Source of the DNA: a virus
Lineage: Duplodnaviria > Caudoviricetes
Virus record (IMG/VR): IMGVR_UViG_3300047564_006189
Location: 125 to 64,124 of that record
DNA: 64,000 bases
Reading direction: 5' to 3' (one strand)
Part shown: positions 59,932 through 64,000 of the stretch, in pieces
How positions within the stretch are numbered: position 1 is the stretch's first letter
Layout: every line of letters starts with the position of its first letter
Translations under genes and position numbers: made by a program
The notes under the pieces: generated by a model
Database searches by the model: none
Seen by the model: only the letters and a program-made list of their open reading frames with translations
Told to the model about the DNA's origin: nothing

Positions 59932-60597
59932 TCAATCAACGTATAGTTGTAATTGTTCAGCTGAAAATTTTCTGCCATCAGAAATCTGAGCAACAAGATC
60001 AACGAGGGTCTTTTCTGAGATTGTATATCCTTTTTGTTTGTATTTGAATAGCCTGTTGATTGATGCTACGGGGTATGTTATTTGGTTGATGTATAAGCTT
60101 TTGCGTTTCACTGATTCAATCATCTTCTTCGCAACAGTGATTGAAGTGCCATCATATGCAGCCTGGCATATCGTAAAATCAAAACTGTCAAGTAGGTGTG
60201 TATTATTCAAATAAAAGTGTTTTGCAATGCACTGCACTTTCAGATCACGTTTTTTGTACGTAAACAATTCGCCTTTTGGACAAGCGAATACTTCAACAAA
60301 CCCATCAGCTAGCAACTCAGCCCGTGTTACTGATAGATGATCAGCTGATTTGAAAAATAAATCAAAATCTGAAATCTGCTGCGTATGTTCGATTAGTGTA
60401 CGAAGTGCACCGCCCGCCAGCCAAACCGAGTTGGCGCGCAAATATTTTTTCATAATCTCAAAACGTGAAATTCGCCAGGCATGAAGGCGATTAGCTTTTA
60501 TCTTAAGATATGCGAGCGGATTTTCAGCAATATACAGCTCAGCATTCTTGTTAGCTTCTTCAGCTGTAAAATCAAAGAGATCGGCCAATGACAACAT
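59932..60597 (-). CDS. Pol-beta-superfamily nucleotidyltransferase (CCA/poly(A)-polymerase head-like)
   Basis: LAGGALR, DFDLFF, FDFTICQ, R..KY..KGY. Confidence 0.75.
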   Translation of the reverse strand: MLSLADLFDFTAEEANKNAELYIAENPLAYLKIKANRLHAWRISRFEIMKKYLRANSVWLAGGALRTLIEHTQQISDFDLFFKSADHLSVTRAELLADGFVEVFACPKGELFTYKKRDLKVQCIAKHFYLNNTHLLDSFDFTICQAAYDGTSITVAKKMIESVKRKSLYINQITYPVASINRLFKYKQKGYTISEKTLVDLVAQISDGRKFSAEQLQLYVD

Positions 60598-60616
60598 AAT
60601 AATTAACTCCCGCTAA

Positions 60617-60838
60617 TTACATTTTAAGATTAAAGGCCTTCGACAAATGTTCAGCTAAATGAATTCTATCCTGAACCACGTCAGAAGATTTTATAGGACA
60701 TTTGGTGAGCTCTTCCATGCATTCCAATATGATCAACTTAGCAAATTTAGTATGATCGAAATAGCTAGGTAACATTCTTCCATTTACCTCAACCACCTCG
60801 ATAGAATAACTGACTAGTTGATCAAGCCTTTCATTCAT
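60617..60838 (-). CDS. small protein, 'FAELIV.EC' family
   Basis: MNERLDQL...KFAKLIILEC...SKAFNL. Confidence 0.75.
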   Translation of the reverse strand: MNERLDQLVSYSIEVVEVNGRMLPSYFDHTKFAKLIILECMEELTKCPIKSSDVVQDRIHLAEHLSKAFNLKM

Positions 60839-61035
60839 ACTATCTCTATAACTAAGTTTGGATTGAGCCGTTGACGTTCTTTCCAATACGGAACAGCCCA
60901 AGTTAGATTGGTCTCAACACAAAGATATGTAGGCGGCCTATAATATGACGTCCGGTTGCTAATTTTTGGAACATATCTTTTGTCATAGACTCTAAGACAC
61001 GGCATAATAACTCCAGCTATCAGAATGATAGAGGC

Positions 61036-61064
61036 ATTATAACATGTGATGGGTTAAAAGTAAA
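61036..61064 (-). promoter_or_regulatory. T4-early-like promoter
   Basis: (G)TTTACT-17-TATAAT with TG extension. Confidence 0.75.
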
Positions 61065-61111
61065 CAGATATTAATTAAAAAAGAAGAAGTTGAGAACTTT
61101 TGCAGATTATT

Positions 61112-61372
61112 TTAAATTCCAAATCGCCTACGGATTTTAGTAATACACTCGTCAACAGCCGTGACGGCCTCATCATTAACGCCAAATGCCTCAATACCAA
61201 CTAGAGAACACTCTGTTAAACATTCATACGCTATGATCTTTGTGAACTCGTCAAGCTGTTGTTTTGTCAAACACAATTTTTGGCAATCATCTTTATGATA
61301 ATCTGCGCCAATGTTAATTGCAGTTTCCCAATTTTTTCGGTAGATCATAGAATTCTCTATTATAAAAGACAA
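61112..61372 (-). CDS. small protein, 'FAELIV.EC' family
   Basis: LDEFTKIIAYEC...IRRRFGI. Confidence 0.65.
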   Translation of the reverse strand: MSFIIENSMIYRKNWETAINIGADYHKDDCQKLCLTKQQLDEFTKIIAYECLTECSLVGIEAFGVNDEAVTAVDECITKIRRRFGI

Positions 61373-61524
61373 GTAATTTGTCCATCCTTAATTTGTCCAA
61401 CTAGCCTAATACATTCTTAAACATGTCAAGTTTGTATAACACGTATCCAATTAAAATGACCACGCCTATAAAGATTGATACATCTGCTTCTGATTTCATG
61501 ATTGCCCTAGTTGACTAAATGCAC

Positions 61525-61851
61525 TTAAGATTTTTTTGCCTTCTGAATAGCACCAATTGCCATCTTTTCAGCAACTGATTCATCAACTGCGTACTTCAGA
61601 TCAACCAGTGCATCTGATAGACTGAACATGGAGTCTGCCATCAGATAAGCAAGTTTTGATAGTCTTTCCATGGCGTCGAGTCCAACAAAATTACGTCGGA
61701 TTTTTTCATTGAATTCTTTAGCTTTTTCTTGTTTTTCTTGTGGAAGTTGAGAAATGTAGTTTTGCAAAATTCTTTCTTTTTCCTCTTCCAATCCAATTTC
61801 GCCTTTTTCAATGTAGATTTTACGAAGTCTTTCGAAGTTAAGTTCGTCCAT
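61525..61851 (-). CDS. helical hypothetical protein
   Basis: GAGGA RBS; first gene after the promoter at 61891. Confidence 0.65.
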   Translation of the reverse strand: MDELNFERLRKIYIEKGEIGLEEEKERILQNYISQLPQEKQEKAKEFNEKIRRNFVGLDAMERLSKLAYLMADSMFSLSDALVDLKYAVDESVAEKMAIGAIQKAKKS

Positions 61852-61890
61852 GACTAGTCCTCAGTAACAAACAAGATTAACGTAGGGTTA

Positions 61891-61919
61891 ATTATAAACA
61901 ACAAACGCGTAAAAGTAAA
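61891..61919 (-). promoter_or_regulatory. T4-early-like promoter
   Basis: (G)TTTACT-17-TATAAT. Confidence 0.75.
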
Positions 61920-61970
61920 CAATAAACTGAAAAGAAGTATCAACATTAAGCTGTTGTTGTTATTGTACTA

Positions 61971-62210
61971 CTATTGCTCTTCTTCAGTTGCACTCACTTG
62001 CTCGACTAGATCTAAAATCGATAGCAGGTGCTCTCGTCGTGATCTTAGCACGCTACGTTGAAGAGTCCTAGATGTGCTAGTATACATGTCACACGATGGC
62101 GTGTTTGGAATTAGCGCTTGCTCTTCTTGACGTAGAATATAATCGTAGCGATGCAGTGCCGTAAGAAGAACTTCAACCTCGGCATCAGTTAAATGAATAG
62201 TCTTCATCAT
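61971..62210 (-). CDS. hypothetical protein
   Basis: AAGGA RBS. Confidence 0.55.
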   Translation of the reverse strand: MMKTIHLTDAEVEVLLTALHRYDYILRQEEQALIPNTPSCDMYTSTSRTLQRSVLRSRREHLLSILDLVEQVSATEEEQ

Positions 62211-62230
62211 AGTTCCTTGTGTAAAGTGAC

Positions 62231-62473
62231 CTAGGCCATAAATTTTCGTCTAATTCGTGTTACCGTTTCAATGCTGGCACCACCTTTTGATGCCATCGAA
62301 GACGTTTCAAGAACAATTTGCTTTATAAGATTCATCAAACACTCGTCTGTAAATGTGTGTGTTAACGCCTTTGAACCATCTTGCATTGATTGGACGCTAT
62401 TATACAGTTCAGTTTGACTTACTAGTTTTTTGCAATATTCATTCATGTCGTTCTCCGCCGCGCTGATCGACAA
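62231..62473 (-). CDS. small protein, very divergent 'FAELIV.EC'-like
   Basis: MNEYCKKLV...LIKQIVLET...IRRKF. Confidence 0.45.
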   Translation of the reverse strand: MSISAAENDMNEYCKKLVSQTELYNSVQSMQDGSKALTHTFTDECLMNLIKQIVLETSSMASKGGASIETVTRIRRKFMA

Positions 62474-62656
62474 ATTTAATATTGCCTGTCATAGATTGGA
62501 CAGCCGATTTAACAGCTTGACTGAATTTATATTTTCTGCTTTGCGCTTGCACAGAATTAGTTGTGTTGAATTTATCCAGAATTGACGTGTGGATTTTTTC
62601 AAGCGGAGAAGTTTGACACATAATATATTACCCTCGTGAGTATTGAATAAAATTAT

Positions 62657-62965
62657 TTATTCGACTGCGCTTTGATAAAACCTACATACTGTAGTGTCAG
62701 GATAGTTTTGAATTAAGTCATTAAGTTTTTCTACCAAATCATCCTTGTCACAATCTGATAGATAAATGCCAGATGATGATTCAACACCATTTCGCAATAG
62801 CTTAATTGCGAAGCGACTTCCGGCATTTGATTTTACCATAACAATTTTTAGTAATTTCCTTGCAGCTTGAGCATGTTGATCTCCGAATTCTACTGCAGAT
62901 ATCTTATTACGAACAAGTGCGTCAAGTAGCGGATTCAATTCTTGACGAGTAATCTCTTTAATCAT
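62657..62965 (-). CDS. hypothetical protein
   Basis: GGAG RBS. Confidence 0.6.
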   Translation of the reverse strand: MIKEITRQELNPLLDALVRNKISAVEFGDQHAQAARKLLKIVMVKSNAGSRFAIKLLRNGVESSSGIYLSDCDKDDLVEKLNDLIQNYPDTTVCRFYQSAVE

Positions 62966-62984
62966 TTTTCATCTCCAAGACTTG

Positions 62985-63404
62985 TTAGCGTGAATATTGC
63001 TGCAACACGTAATCAACAACCCGCTGCGTGTCTTTCTTAAACATGATAGACGCAATTTCTCCGTTGAAGGCCTTATTGGGTGAACACCACCAACGAGAAA
63101 CTTGCTCTTTTGAGCCTAACATGCTTAATAGAATAGTGTCAATTGCGTTTTTTGTTTTTTGGTCTTTCACAGAAAGCGCTCTGGCCACTGGCGTGCTGAT
63201 GTCAAATACTTCTCTGATGTATTGCACTGCTGACTGTGTTTGCTCATCTTTTTTCTGCTCAAGGAGTATGTCACAGCAGTGATTAACAAGAAGCTGAGAA
63301 TACCTCGTAAGTGCATCTTCATCCCAACTGTCTGGTACTCCGTCGCACAATAGTCCTGCTTCATACGCATACAATTCTAGAATTTTATTCATGAACATCA
63401 CCAC
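62985..63404 (-). CDS. 'FAELIV.EC' domain fused to a possible Xre/MbcA/ParS C-terminal (DUF2384-like) domain
   Basis: N-terminal YEAGL...YSQLLVNHC...VFDI; C-terminal MLGS.E.V.RWW.SPNKAFNG. Confidence 0.5.
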   Translation of the reverse strand: MVMFMNKILELYAYEAGLLCDGVPDSWDEDALTRYSQLLVNHCCDILLEQKKDEQTQSAVQYIREVFDISTPVARALSVKDQKTKNAIDTILLSMLGSKEQVSRWWCSPNKAFNGEIASIMFKKDTQRVVDYVLQQYSR

Positions 63405-63625
63405 ATCGTAGTAACAATTTCGATTCTTTTTTCAAGCATCGCTTTAGCGTATTCATAATTAGCTTGAGCCCAAACTGCAAAAAAAGCCGCCCGATTTTGG
63501 TCATTTGTTAGATCTGGCTCGCCTCCAAAAATTTTACAGACCATGTCAAAATCAACTGGCGAACTCTTAGCAAATTCATCATGTTTAGTAATCGGCTCAT
63601 TTGACATTTTTATCTCCCAAACCAA
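63398..63625 (-). CDS. hypothetical protein
   Basis: HDEFA...YEYAKAML.KR motif. Confidence 0.6.
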   Translation of the reverse strand: MVWEIKMSNEPITKHDEFAKSSPVDFDMVCKIFGGEPDLTNDQNRAAFFAVWAQANYEYAKAMLEKRIEIVTTMW

Positions 63626-63914
63626 AATGGTTTTTAATTAAATCTGTGTATGTGCTAGCTGGTATTCGTTTAGCCACCGCGTCATCAATGACATCAATGC
63701 ATTGCTGAACAGTAAATTTCATAAATTTTTCCAACCCGGCGTTCGGCGGCAGCCATTCTCCATCCGGCGCTAGAGCAATTATAACATATTTGGTCTGATC
63801 TGGGAATTTAACTTGTGCCAATCCTGCCCTTTTTGCTAGGTCATCAACACCTTCAAATTTGTGCTCAATCAGCGTTGGATCTGCTTGAAATTTATCATTC
63901 AGAAATTTCATCAA
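63597..63914 (-). CDS. small protein, 'FAELIV.EC' family
   Basis: LAKRAGL...LEKFMKFTVQQC...IKNHFGL. Confidence 0.7.
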   Translation of the reverse strand: MMKFLNDKFQADPTLIEHKFEGVDDLAKRAGLAQVKFPDQTKYVIIALAPDGEWLPPNAGLEKFMKFTVQQCIDVIDDAVAKRIPASTYTDLIKNHFGLGDKNVK

Positions 63915-64000
63915 ACTAACTCCTTTGGATAAACAAACTAACGCGAAAACGGCATTTCAAACTTTGGAAATACGCCTATGTTGTTATTTTGGTTTTGAAG

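Overview
A 64-kb internal fragment of a large, lytic, T4-related (probably jumbo) dsDNA phage. It is gene-dense, almost entirely minus-strand and reads in the standard genetic code. Positions 1-14.8 kb are a late tail/receptor-binding module (LamG proteins, a long tail fibre with a peptidase-S74-type chaperone, four paralogous structural proteins). Replication genes include a gp41-like helicase, gp61-like primase, RNase H, gp45-like clamp, family-B polymerase, DsbA-like protein and a two-subunit type II topoisomerase. Nucleotide and RNA genes include ThyA, two MazG-fold NTP-PPases, an Rnl1-type RNA ligase, a Pth2-like protein and a nucleotidyltransferase. Host-like genes are an intact isocitrate lyase (aceA), an M17 leucyl aminopeptidase, ClpP and PhoH. 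Two accessory regions (19.6-28.1 kb, 57.7-64 kb) are packed with small ORFs behind sigma70/T4-early-type promoters. The most unusual signals are about 15 copies of one small-protein scaffold with hypervariable interiors and translationally coupled ends, a tandem pair of 26-aa helical-repeat proteins with variable positions, and the phage-borne isocitrate lyase. I saw no tRNA, CRISPR array, integrase or reverse transcriptase. All calls come from motif recognition by eye; no database search was run.
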